The notes below the pieces were generated by a model. That model did not search any database. It was not told the origin of the DNA and was given only the letters and a program-made list of their open reading frames with translations. Below, in pieces: positions 53,371 to 64,000 of a DNA stretch of 64,000 bases. Origin of the DNA: Lama glama (Eukaryota); contig CM052825.1 in assembly GCA_028534125.1 (NCBI GenBank), forward strand, positions 25,916,001 to 25,980,000, read 5' to 3'. Numbering within the stretch: position 1 is the first letter of the stretch; every line of letters begins with the position of its first letter. Position numbers and translations under genes: made by a program.

Positions 53371-56300
53371 ATGTCGAGCCCGGGCATCAACGGCGATCCC
53401 AAGCCTCCATGCTTGCCTCGCAATGGTTTGGTGAAGCTGCCAGGCCAGCCCAACGGCCTGGGCACAGCCAGCATCACCAAGGGCACACCGGCTGCCAAGA
53501 ACCGACCCTGTCACCCACCCCCACTCTCCCTCCCACCACCCAGCCTGGCTGCCCCGCCGCCCCGGGCTGCCCTGGCCGGGGGCCTATGCCCCCCGGCGGG
53601 GCTCCCCCTTGGTGGACCAGCCTCAGCTCCGGTGCCTGGGCCCCCAGCAGAACGGCCACCACTGGCCACCGACGAGAAAATCCTCAATGGCCTCTTCTGG
53701 TACTTCTCTGCCTGCGAGAAGTGCGTGCTGGCTCAGGTGTGCAAGGCCTGGAGGCGTGTGCTCTATCAGCCCAAGTTCTGGGCGGGCCTCACACCTGTGC
53801 TGCACGCCAAGGAGCTCTACACAGTGCTGCCTGGAGGTGAGAAGGAATTTGTGAGCCTGCAGGGCTTTGCAGCACGCGGCTTTGAGGGTTTCTGCCTGGT
53901 TGGAGTCTCCGACCTGGACATCTGTGAGTTCATCGACAACTATGCCCTCTCCAAGAAGGGTGTCAAGGCCATGAGCCTCAAGCGTTCCACCATCACTGAC
54001 GCTGGCCTGGAGGTGCGCCCTGACACTGGCCTGGAAGGGGCAGGGATCAGGGGCAGGGGCAGGCAGCAACCACTAAGCATGTGTTGGGGGGAAGTGGGAG
54101 GCAGCACCGAGAGGAAGCTTGGGCACCAAGCAGCAAAGCAGCCAAGGGCGGGGCTGGTGCCCTGAGGAGGAGCATGGCTCTGGGGTGAGGAACTGTCTAC
54201 ATAATTTGGGGGGATCCAGTCCAAACTGAAAAGTCAGGTCCCATGTTCCAAGATGACTAAGAATTTCAAGCCAGTGACAGCAAAGTAGCCAATTAAATGT
54301 GAGGCCCTTCTGAGCTCAGGGCCCTGCATGCCTCTGAAGCCCACTGTGGGTTGGGAGGATGCTGGAGGAGGTAGGAGGAGTAGGGGCAGAGGTTGGAGGA
54401 GCAGCTGTGCAGGACCTAGACTCTAAAAATCAAATCATTAACACCAACGGCTCTGAGCACCTACTCCAGCCAGGCCCTGGGCTCCCAGATCTCCTGTGGC
54501 CTGCCTCCTTTTTTGAATGTTGTTCAGGTGTAATGAACACACTGTAAGTGCACTAGTCAGCATACAGCTTGATGCATGTTTACACCATCTACGTGCTCAA
54601 GAACACAGCTTCCTGCCCCTCAGTGGGCTCCTTCTGCCCTGACTCCTACCATCCTCACCACGCCTTGCAGGGAGGGGCTCACCTGGGGAAACGGTGGTAG
54701 GCTTCTACCAAGGCGAGGGCGAGGTTGAGGCCTCCTGACCCCATGCCTGCCCGCCTGCAGGTGATGCTGGAGCAGATGCAAGGTGTGGTGCGCCTTGAGC
54801 TGTCGGGCTGCAACGACTTCACCGAGGCTGGGCTGTGGTCCAGCCTGAGTGCTCGCATCACCTCGCTGAGCGTGAGCGACTGCATCAATGTGGCCGACGA
54901 CGCTATTGCAGCCATCTCACAGCTGCTGCCCAACCTGGCCGAGCTGAGCTTGCAGGCCTACCACGTGACGGACACAGCGCTGGCCTACTTCACGGCGCGC
55001 CAAGGCCACAGCACACACACGCTGCGCCTCCTCTCCTGCTGGGAGATCACCAACCACGGTGTGGTCAATGTGGTGCACAGCCTGCCCAATCTCACTGCTC
55101 TCAGCCTCTCTGGCTGCTCCAAGGTCACCGATGATGGCGTGGAGCTTGTAGCCGAGAACCTGCGCAAGCTACGCAGCCTCGACCTCTCGTGGTGCCCACG
55201 CATCACCGACATGGCTCTCGAGTACGTGGCCTGCGATCTGCACCGCCTGGAGGAGCTTGTGCTGGACAGGTATGCATATCCCCCATCCTGGGGCTGTGGA
55301 GGGCAGGGCTGGGTGAGGGTTACTGGACCTTCTAACTAGGGAGCCTCGAGTAGTGGACAGGCCTGTAGCTAGAGTAGGGCTGTGGCTAGGGAGGCGGGGC
55401 CCTGATAAGACGCCAGCCAAGTGAGGGCAGGGCTGAGCTGTGTCCTCTGGAGTAGAGAATAGCACTCAGTGACCAGGTAGGGGTGAAGCCTGGCTGGGAT
55501 GGGGCTATGGAAAGGGCGGGGCCATGGTGGGGAGGTGGGGAGTTCACGCCAGGGGCACTCCAGAAAAAGAAGGAAGGGGTCGAAACTGAGGGGCTGGGCG
55601 AGGTGATTTGAAGGTGGGCAGCCCCCCTCTGTTGCGACCACAGGTGTGTACGCATCACGGACACTGGCCTCAGCTATTTGTCCACAATGTCCTCCCTCCG
55701 CAGTCTCTACCTGCGATGGTGCTGCCAGGTACCAGCCCTCCACGCCTCTGGAGATTGGGGAGTAGACAGGGGAGGTGGGGGGGCACGGGGAAATCCCCCA
55801 CCCAGACAAGCAGCTGACCTGCACCCGGCCCACTCAGATCTTGTAGGGAAGTCTGGGATCCCCCACACCCATCGGCCGACATAAGCGGAGAGAAAGGAGT
55901 CCCCCGGGCCCTCACCGACTCTGTGGGGAGCTGAGAAACCCCCGTTTTGAACCCATACCCCGCCCCCTATGGCCTGACCCCAGGAATGAGGCTCCCTCAG
56001 GGAGCCAACGTAAACAAACTCGCCTCGCCCTCCCGCGCAGGTGCAGGACTTTGGGCTGAAGCACCTCCTGGCCATGAGGAGTTTGCGTCTCTTGTCTCTG
56101 GCAGGTGAGACCCCCTGGTTCCCTCCTGGACGGTGACCACCTACCCACACCTAGTCCGACTCAGCCAGCCCTGCCGGGTCCCCTGTGCAGATCCATACCT
56201 GGGGTTGACTCGCTGTGGCCCAGGTCTCAGTCCGAGGACCCCCGCCCCCGCGCCTCTCGGAGCCCCGGGCCCCGCCCACTCAGCCGCCGACCCGCCTCCC

Positions 56301-56460
56301 GCCCGCCGCAGGCTGCCCGCTGCTGACCACCACAGGGCTGTCGGGCCTGGTGCAGCTGCAGGAGCTGGAGGAGCTGGAGCTGACCAACTGCCCTGGGGCC
56401 ACCCCTGAGCTCTTCAAGTACTTCTCGCAGCACCTGCCCCGCTGCCTCGTCATCGAGTAG
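53371..56460 (+). CDS. FBXL16: F-box and leucine-rich repeat protein 16, 482 aa
   Basis: 5 coding exons: 53371-54012, 54761-55269, 55644-55728, 56041-56104, 56312-56460 (1449 nt). Pro-rich N-terminus, F-box ([12 protein letters not shown]...VCKAWRRV), LRRs, ends HLPRCLVIE. Confidence 0.97.
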
Positions 56461-57701
56461 CGCCGGGCCTCCCCGCCCCCGTCGCAGGAGCCCGCCGCGC
56501 TCTGGGCGGGGACGCCGGGGCGCCGCTGAGCCGCGGCTCCTCGGCCCCTCGTTCTCCTCCCGGCCCCGCCCCGGGCAGGGAGGGCGGCGGACTGACCAGC
56601 CCCGCGCACGCACGCACATTCGGGGACTTTGTGCATGCCCCTCGTGCCCGCACTGCACGCCCGCCCTCCACCACGCCACAGCCACCTCCATCCTTCGCCA
56701 GCCTGCCCGCCCGCCGGCGGTGGGGGGCTGGGGCTTGGTCCTGGGAGCGCTTTGAGCTCGCCAGGCGGCCACCCTTACCGCCTTCCTCGCCACACCCTGC
56801 TCTGTCTCCCCGCCGTCCCCCCACCCCGGGCAGGGCCCAGGGGGATTGAGGGGAACTGTGTCTCCTAGGACTTAGGGGCCCGGAAGAGCCCCAGGGCTTC
56901 CCGCATCTTCCACTGCACCGCGCCTGGAGCCCTCCGAGGGTTGCGAGGGGAAACAGGCCGCCGCCAAAGCCATGGCCCACCCAGGAGCCCAAGTCCCACC
57001 CGCCCTCCCCCCTCCTCATGCCAGCCTGACCCCAACGACCTCCCCTCTTCCTTGCCGCCGTGTGAAACAGTCTCTACTCGCCCCACCCCGACTCCAAGGC
57101 CTAAGGTCCTTGGGCCCTCGCCAGGCTAGGGCAGAATTGGATTAGGAGAGTGGCCGCTAGGCTGACAATGACCTTGGCATAATCAACATTAGCCCAGTTG
57201 GCTCCAGTCCGCCTCAACCCAGCGGTGGTGGTACAGCTGCCTTGTGAGACCTTAAGCTGGAGTGAACCTCAGGGCCTGCAGGCCTTGGGGCCTTGGGAGC
57301 AGTCCTGGGTGGACCCCACCCCACAGCCCCTGTAGCCAGCTGGGTTCAGGACCCTCAGCGCCACACTTCACCCTGGGTAGGTCTCCATTAGGTGGAAGCT
57401 GAAAAGGGGGGCCCCAGCTGAGGCTTACGGCCAGCGCCAGCCAGCAACTCTGATCTTCCAGTGGCCAGCACACCCTTAACACCCAGAGAAGGGAGGGCTC
57501 CTTTCTAGCTGCACCCCTCAAACCATCTTCCCAAATCTCTGTCTGCCCACATGGGCTCACCATGTTCTGTCCAATCCCAAGACGCTGGGATGTCCTGGGG
57601 GTGCTGGCACATCTTGGCAATTGCTGAGGAGGGGGCTGGGACCCCTTTCCATCCCAACCTTGAGCCCCAGGATGTACAGCACCCACATCCAATTTTGGGA
57701 C

Positions 57702-57834
57702 NNNNNNNNNNNNNNNNNNNNNNNNNNNNNNNNNNNNNNNNNNNNNNNNNNNNNNNNNNNNNNNNNNNNNNNNNNNNNNNNNNNNNNNNNNNNNNNNNNN
57801 NNNNNNNNNNNNNNNNNNNNNNNNNNNNNNNNNN
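57702..57834. other. Assembly gap (N run)
   Basis: 133 N, within the probable FBXL16 3'UTR. Confidence 1.
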
Positions 57835-58012
57835 CAACAGCCCAAAGATTTCCCTGCCCCTGGAGCACTGGCCAGAGGCTCCAGGGTTGAGGTGGTCAGG
57901 AGCCAGTTTCTTCAGCTTCTTCTCCCCACAGCTCCCTAGTGGGGAGGGGCAGCTGTCCATTTGTCCAAAGTATTAATGCAACTGAAGCTGTGATATTTCC
58001 AATGACTGTAGG

Positions 58013-58192
58013 NNNNNNNNNNNNNNNNNNNNNNNNNNNNNNNNNNNNNNNNNNNNNNNNNNNNNNNNNNNNNNNNNNNNNNNNNNNNNNNNNNNNNNNN
58101 NNNNNNNNNNNNNNNNNNNNNNNNNNNNNNNNNNNNNNNNNNNNNNNNNNNNNNNNNNNNNNNNNNNNNNNNNNNNNNNNNNNNNNNNNNNN
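58013..58192. other. Assembly gap (N run)
   Basis: 180 N; may hide the FBXL16 polyA signal. Confidence 1.
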
Positions 58193-58599
58193 AAACACAG
58201 GTCTGAATTGTTTTTAGGTCATCAGACCATGGTGGGGGAGGGTGTATCTGTCTTGAGTGGCATACATCTGAATTTTTGTGCACCTCTCATCAGACTTATT
58301 GGTTCTTTCAACAAACATGTAGAGGCTGGTAACACTGTGCCAGACTGGAAACCCAGCAGCGACCAACACAGAAGGTCCCTAACCGCTCACTGCTTAAGTA
58401 GGGAGAAACACTAAAATCATTACACATAAGATTCCGTCCAAAATATCTAGGATCTAACCTATCCTTTCAGAAGGGCAAAAATGAGCCCTGTTTCCTGCAC
58501 AGGGTAACTGAGGTTAAGAGAGGGTCAAGGGTGTCCTTAAAGATCACATGGCAAGGACAGACCAGGGATCATACCCAAGAGAGAAAGGGAGGCTCAGAG

Positions 58600-58920
58600 A
58601 CGGTCACTGAGCGGGTTGTGAACAGGTCATGTCAGACGTTGGAGCTCTTGGAGACAAGATGTGATCCTTGCCTGGTGGAGTTCACACACATATGTGATAG
58701 ACGATAATCAGTATACAAAGGAAAAGGTTGTGACAAGTGCGGTGGAGGTGGAAGTGACAGTGACCGGAGAGGCAGTGTTAGATGCAGTGGTCCGGGAATG
58801 CCTCTGAGAATGTGACACTTAAGCTGAACCCTGAAGGATAAGAAGACGCGTTCTGGAGAGAGAGCGACAACGTGTGATGGCGGTGAGGCAGGAAAGAACT
58901 CGGCGGGCTGGAAGCTGCGG
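58600..58920. mobile_element. L2-like LINE relic
   Basis: 'ccttgcctggtggagttcaca', 'gcctctgagaatgtgacacttaagctgaaccctgaagga' resemble L2 3' sequence. Confidence 0.5.
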
Positions 58921-59279
58921 GGGCTAGAGGTGCGCGGGGAGAGGAAGACGCCGGGAGTTTGCGATTTATTCACAGTCCGGTGGAAACTTAAGAGGGACGT
59001 TAGGCCAAAGAGTGGTATCTGGCTGCTGTGCGGGGTTCAGATCAGGGGGAACGAGGGACCCAGGGAAAGCTGTCAGGAAGCTGCTCACGGGGCCTGGCGG
59101 AGAATGAGGACGGAGGCAGAGACGACGGAAGGATTCGGGACTCGTTTAAGGAAGCCTAGACTTGCCGACGGACCTTGGGGGAGAGATGAACACTGGTATT
59201 AATATACTGCGACAAAGAGAACAACCCCCGATACGTAACCGGGGAGCCTCTGTACCCAAGTCCTGAACCACACACCTCA

Positions 59280-59440
59280 GCCTCTACCAGCGCAGCTCCC
59301 TATCCGGAACTTTGGTGTTGTGGGCGTCCGCTTCCAGCCAGGGGCTGGCAAGTAAAGGACCACGTCCGGCGGGGGGGGGGGGGGCGGGAAAGCGACGGGC
59401 TGCTTCCGGCGCGGCGGTTCCGGCTCGGCTGGGTAATTTT
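59280..59440 (+). promoter_or_regulatory. WDR24 CpG promoter
   Basis: ETS-type CCGGAA/TTCCGG sites (~59304, ~59403, ~59418); G-run and GC box. Confidence 0.65.
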
Positions 59441-60043
59441 AGGAAATGGTTTTGGTGTTCTCGGAAGGAGCGATTTATACGGTTCTTCTGGCTCTGTTCC
59501 CGCAGCCTCCGCGCCGCCAGCCTCTTCTGCCTCCGGTCCCGCCAGACACCCCGAGGCTCCTTAAACAGCTTGATCCTTGAGGTCCCTGTGTCCCCCGCCC
59601 CTCTACAGCCTGTGTCTTCTGGGCCCCGTTAGCCCTTCTACCCCCTCTCCAGAGGCCAATTGTGCGGACGGTGGAACAACCTGACTTAACTGACTGACTG
59701 AAGGTCCAGTGACCGTTCTGATCTGGCTGTTTTGGGAGAGGAGTGCGGTTGGAGAGGTGGCCTGGCCTGGGACTGACCAGGTAGGGTCTTCCCCAGAAGT
59801 CAGACATGGCACTGACTAGCCTCAGGGCAGTACCTTCTGACTGCCTGGCTAGAGTGGTGGAACTTGCCTATCAGACTGACTAACGGTGGACTGCCTTGGA
59901 ATGGCTCACCAAGGCTGACCAGTCCAGGCCTAAGCAGTTTTGGAGGAACCACCAAGGGTGAAGGGTCTGAATTGACAGGCCCCTGCCTCCAGCCTGACCA
60001 GGCCTGCCCACTTCACTGACCTGTCCCCACCACCTGTGCAGCC

Positions 60044-63000
60044 ATGGAGAAGATGTCTCGCGTGACTACAGCCCTGGGTGGCAGCGTGCTGACGGGCCGC
60101 ACCATGCACTGCCACCTGGATGCACCAGCCAATGCCATCAGTGTGTGCCGTGATGCAGCCCAGGTAGTGGTGGCCGGTCGCAGCATCTTCAAGATCTATG
60201 CCATCGAGGAGGAGCAGTTTGTGGAGAAGCTGAACCTGCGTGTGGGCCGCAAGCCCTCACTCAACCTGAGCTGTGCAGATGTTGTCTGGCACCAGATGGA
60301 TGAGAACCTGCTGGCCACAGCTGCCACCAATGGCGTGGTGGTCACCTGGAACTTGGGCCGGCCGTCCCGCAACAAGCAGGACCAGCTGTTTACTGAGCAC
60401 AAGCGCACAGTGAACAAAGTCTGCTTCCATCCCACTGAGGCTCATGTGCTTCTCAGTGGCTCCCAGGATGGCTTCATGAAGTGCTTTGATCTTCGCAGGA
60501 AGGACTCTGTCAGCACTTTCTCGGGTGAGGCCCTTGGAGGTGGGTTGGGCAGGTGTGCATCTCTGCAGGCAGCTAGCCTGTCTAGGCATGTTGAGAAGTG
60601 CTCTGTGCATTAAAGGCCCTCAGATGTGCTCCCAGACGGCCTCCTGGAGGAGGGGGTCACCCTAGCTGCAAGAGTGGATGGAGGTCAGCAGGGGAGGGGT
60701 AGGCCTGATGGAAGTGTGAGGGGTACCTGGAGTGTGGTCACAGCTCTGATGCACTTGTGGGGTCAGCAGGAGTTGAGGCTGGGTGTAGGATCAGGGAGAG
60801 GGTAGAGCCTGAGCAGATCCACAACTAACCTGGGCAGCTGAGCAAAGGGTTTGTTTAACTGCCTCTTCCCTTGTCTCAGAGCTCCAGGCCACCTTATTGC
60901 ATGATGTCTTCTACCTCCAGGGTCCTCAGCCCAGGAAAGCAGTAGCGGTGTGGCACACAGCCTGGTGCTGCTCCTACAGTTCTTTTCTCAGGAGGCCCAG
61001 CTCCCTGACAGCCCAACTTGAGCCAGCTTTCCCTCTTCCACCTTGCTGAGATCAAGTGAAGCATAGGGCAGAGCCCTCAGAGAACTAGGGGCCCTCTTAA
61101 GACAGACCTTGAGCTACCTGTGCTGGGACAAAGCTGGAGTGGTCCACAAGGGTGGACATGACCCTCAAGGCCTCCAGTCCTCTGGCAGCTCCAGCTAAAG
61201 GTGAAGGGACTGGGCAGAGGTGGGGGCAGCCCATTCATGCCTCCTTGGGCCTGAGGCCTGTGACGTATTGTGGACAGATGGCCCAGTGAGGCTCCTGTTC
61301 ACTCAATGCTCTGATACCCAGTCCTGAAGCTGGCCACAGCTTTGCACAAGGACTGATGTCAAGACACAGAATCCAGGAAAAATCAAGGTCCAGGAGTTTG
61401 TGTCAAAAAAACACTCAATGCCTGGTGTCCTGCTTGCCAGCCCAGGCTATTCTTGTCTGCTCTGTGAGCCCTCTCTGTACCCCTGTCTGCCCTGGGCAGG
61501 CCTCCTGACCTGGGTCACAGGCAGACGTGACATCAGTCCACATCCATTCTGAGGGCTCCGCTCTTGATTGCTGTCCCTCCTGGAGCTCCCTGGAGGCTGG
61601 CCCCCTGACTTTCTCGCTCCACTGATGTCCTGCCCACAGGCCAGTCTGAGAGTGTGCGTGACGTCCAGTTCAGCATCCGGGACTACTTCACCTTCGCCTC
61701 CACCTTTGAGAATGGCAACGTGCAGCTCTGGGACATTCGGCGGCCGGACCGCTGTGAGAGAATGTTCACAGCCCACAATGGGCCTGTCTTCTGCTGCGAC
61801 TGGCACCCAGAGGACAGGTGTGGGGTGGGGTGGGGGCTGGGGCGACGGGGCAAGGCAGGTGGGGCTTATGGAAGGGCTATCTCACTGCCTCAAGGCATGT
61901 GAGACAGAGAGTGGGGAGCCCTCCCATCCAAAAAAGAGGACACTGAGAGCTTCCTGGGCTTTCTGCAGGGGCTGGCTGGCCACAGGTGGGCGTGACAAGA
62001 TGGTCAAGGTCTGGGACATGACTACACACCGAGCTAAGGAGGTGCATTGTGTGCAAACCATTGCATCGGTGGCCAGAGTCAAGTGGCGACCTGAGTGCCG
62101 CCACCACCTAGCCACATGCTCCATGATGGTGGACCACAACATCTACGTGTGGGATGTGCGCCGACCCTTTGTGCCAGCCGCCATGTTTGAGGAACACCGC
62201 GACGTCACAACAGGCATCGCCTGGCGCCACCCACATGACCCCTCCTTCCTGCTCTCCGGCTCTAAGGACAGTACCCTGTGCCAGCACCTGTTCCGTGATG
62301 CCAGTCAGCCCGTTGAGCGTGCCAACCCTGAGGGTCTCTGCTACGGTCTCTTTGGGGATCTGGCCTTTGCAGCCAAGGAGAGCCTAGTGGCCACTGAATC
62401 GGGGCGCAAACCCTACACCGGGGATCGGCGCCACCCAATCTTTTTCAAGCGCAAGCTGGATCCCGCTGAGCCCTTTGCAGGCCTTGCCTCCAGTGCCCTC
62501 AGTGTCTTTGAAATGGAGCCTGGCAGTGGTAGCATGAGCTGGTTTGTGGACACGGCTGAACGTTATGCCCTGGCTGGCCGGCCACTGGCTGAACTCTGCG
62601 ACCACAATGCAAAAGTGGCTCGAGAGCTTGGCCGCAACCAGGTAGGTGAGGCTGGGCTGAGGGGGCCATGACCCTGGGACAGCATCAGGGGGCTTCTCTG
62701 ACTTTGCTAAGCCCAGACCCTGTCTTGAGTTTGGTGCTTGGCTCTGGTCAAGGCTACCACTGGCTTTTGCCCCCGTAACTGAGGGTGTCCAGAACCCCAA
62801 GAGTGGGCCAGACACCAGTGCCATTCTTGGGGTGCCAGTCTGGGGTATTGTGGGGCTGGAGCCCCCTTTTCTGGCTTTTCTTGCTTTTGGATTTCCCAAG
62901 GTGTCTGGCCCTGCAGAAGTCCACAGTGCTTCTCTCATCACCTCCGTGGGATCCCAGGCTCGTTTCCACATTTCCTTCTGTGCCTCTGCTGGATGGAGGC

Positions 63001-64000
63001 TAGGATTTTTGTCTTTCCCAAGAGAGCCTCAGCTCCCCTGTCTGGGGTGGGCCAGGACATTGGGTCCCTGGGGCAGCTGAAAGCTGAGGGTTTGTGGTTC
63101 CATTGGGGGGGGTACCTGCAGAGGCTGCCAGGGACCTAGGACCCTGTGAGTGACCAGTGCCCACCTCTAGGTGGCGCAGACGTGGACCATGCTACGAATC
63201 ATCTACTGTAGCCCTGGCCTAGTGCCTGCCACCAACCTCAACCACAGTGTGGGCAAGGGCAGCTCCTGCGGCCTGCCACTCATGAACAGGTAGACACCTG
63301 GGGGTGGCACTCCCTAGGGGGTAGGATTGCTGGAGTCCACCCACCTATTGACCCTCCCTCCCCCCAGTTTCAACTTGAAGGATATGGCCCCAGGGCTGGG
63401 CAGTGAGACGCGGCTGGACCGCAGCAAGGGTGACACACGGAGTGACACAGTGCTGCTGGACTCCTCAGCCACGCTCATCACCAATGAAGGTAGGCTAGAG
63501 GGCAGGCACAGAGCGTTCATGGGAGTGGGACTGGGGCGTGCCAGAGCAAGCCGGCCCTGGAATGCCCTCTCTCCCTCGGGCAGATAACGAGGAGACCGAG
63601 GGCAGCGATGTGCCTGCGGATTATCTGCTGGGCGATGTGGAGGGTGAGGAGGATGAGCTGTACCTCCTGGACCCAGAGCACGCACACTGTAAGTGAGGCT
63701 TGGGGAGGGGGAGGGGATGGGAGGCGGGGCCAGATACTCAGACCCTGTCTACCCCGCCCTGCACCACAGCCGAGGAGCCAGAGTACGTGCTGCCCCAGGA
63801 AGCCTTCCCGCTGCGCCACGAGATTGTGGACACCCCGCCCGGGCCTGAGCACCTGCAGGACAAGGCTGACTCGCCCCACGTGAGCGGCAGTGAGGCAGAC
63901 GCAGCCTCCCTGGTGCCTATGGACTCCTCCTTTTCACTCATCTCTGTCTCGCACGCACTGTACGACAGCCGCCTACCGCCTGACTTCTTCAGCGCCCTGG
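60044..64000 (+). CDS. WDR24: GATOR2 complex protein WDR24 (partial, 3' end off-window)
   Basis: Exons 60044-60524, 61640-61817, 61969-62641, 63171-63289, 63368-63489, 63584-63688, 63770->64000. Starts [14 protein letters not shown]; WD40 repeats; phase-consistent GT-AG junctions. Confidence 0.97.

Overview
GC-rich, gene-dense mammalian DNA, collinear in reverse orientation with human 16p13.3: MSLN(-, 3' end off-window), CIAO3/NARFL(+), HAGHL(-), CCDC78(+), ANTKMT/FAM173A(-), METRN(-), FBXL16(+), WDR24(+, 3' end off-window). Exon chains were traced by hand through GT-AG sites and frames; the six complete genes give intact ORFs. Three short tRNA-derived SINEs of the vic-1 type suggest a camelid genome. 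There are also L1, MLT1, MIR and L2 relics and three N-gaps. Main observations: (1) MSLN lacks six consecutive coding exons (~222 aa, almost all of megakaryocyte potentiating factor); the loss is in frame and the furin site is degenerate, predicting a ~400-aa MPF-less mesothelin. (2) Eight exon-like segments ending in AATAAA between MSLN and CIAO3 look like an unannotated decaying gene with PH-like motifs. (3) A chain of ATGA-coupled uORFs in FBXL16, and strong-Kozak uORFs plus a CTGAC cluster in the WDR24 leader. (4) A MEF2 + 4xRFX + AP-1 motif cluster and a CAGGTG minisatellite between METRN and FBXL16. Comparisons with human proteins are from memory, not from database searches.
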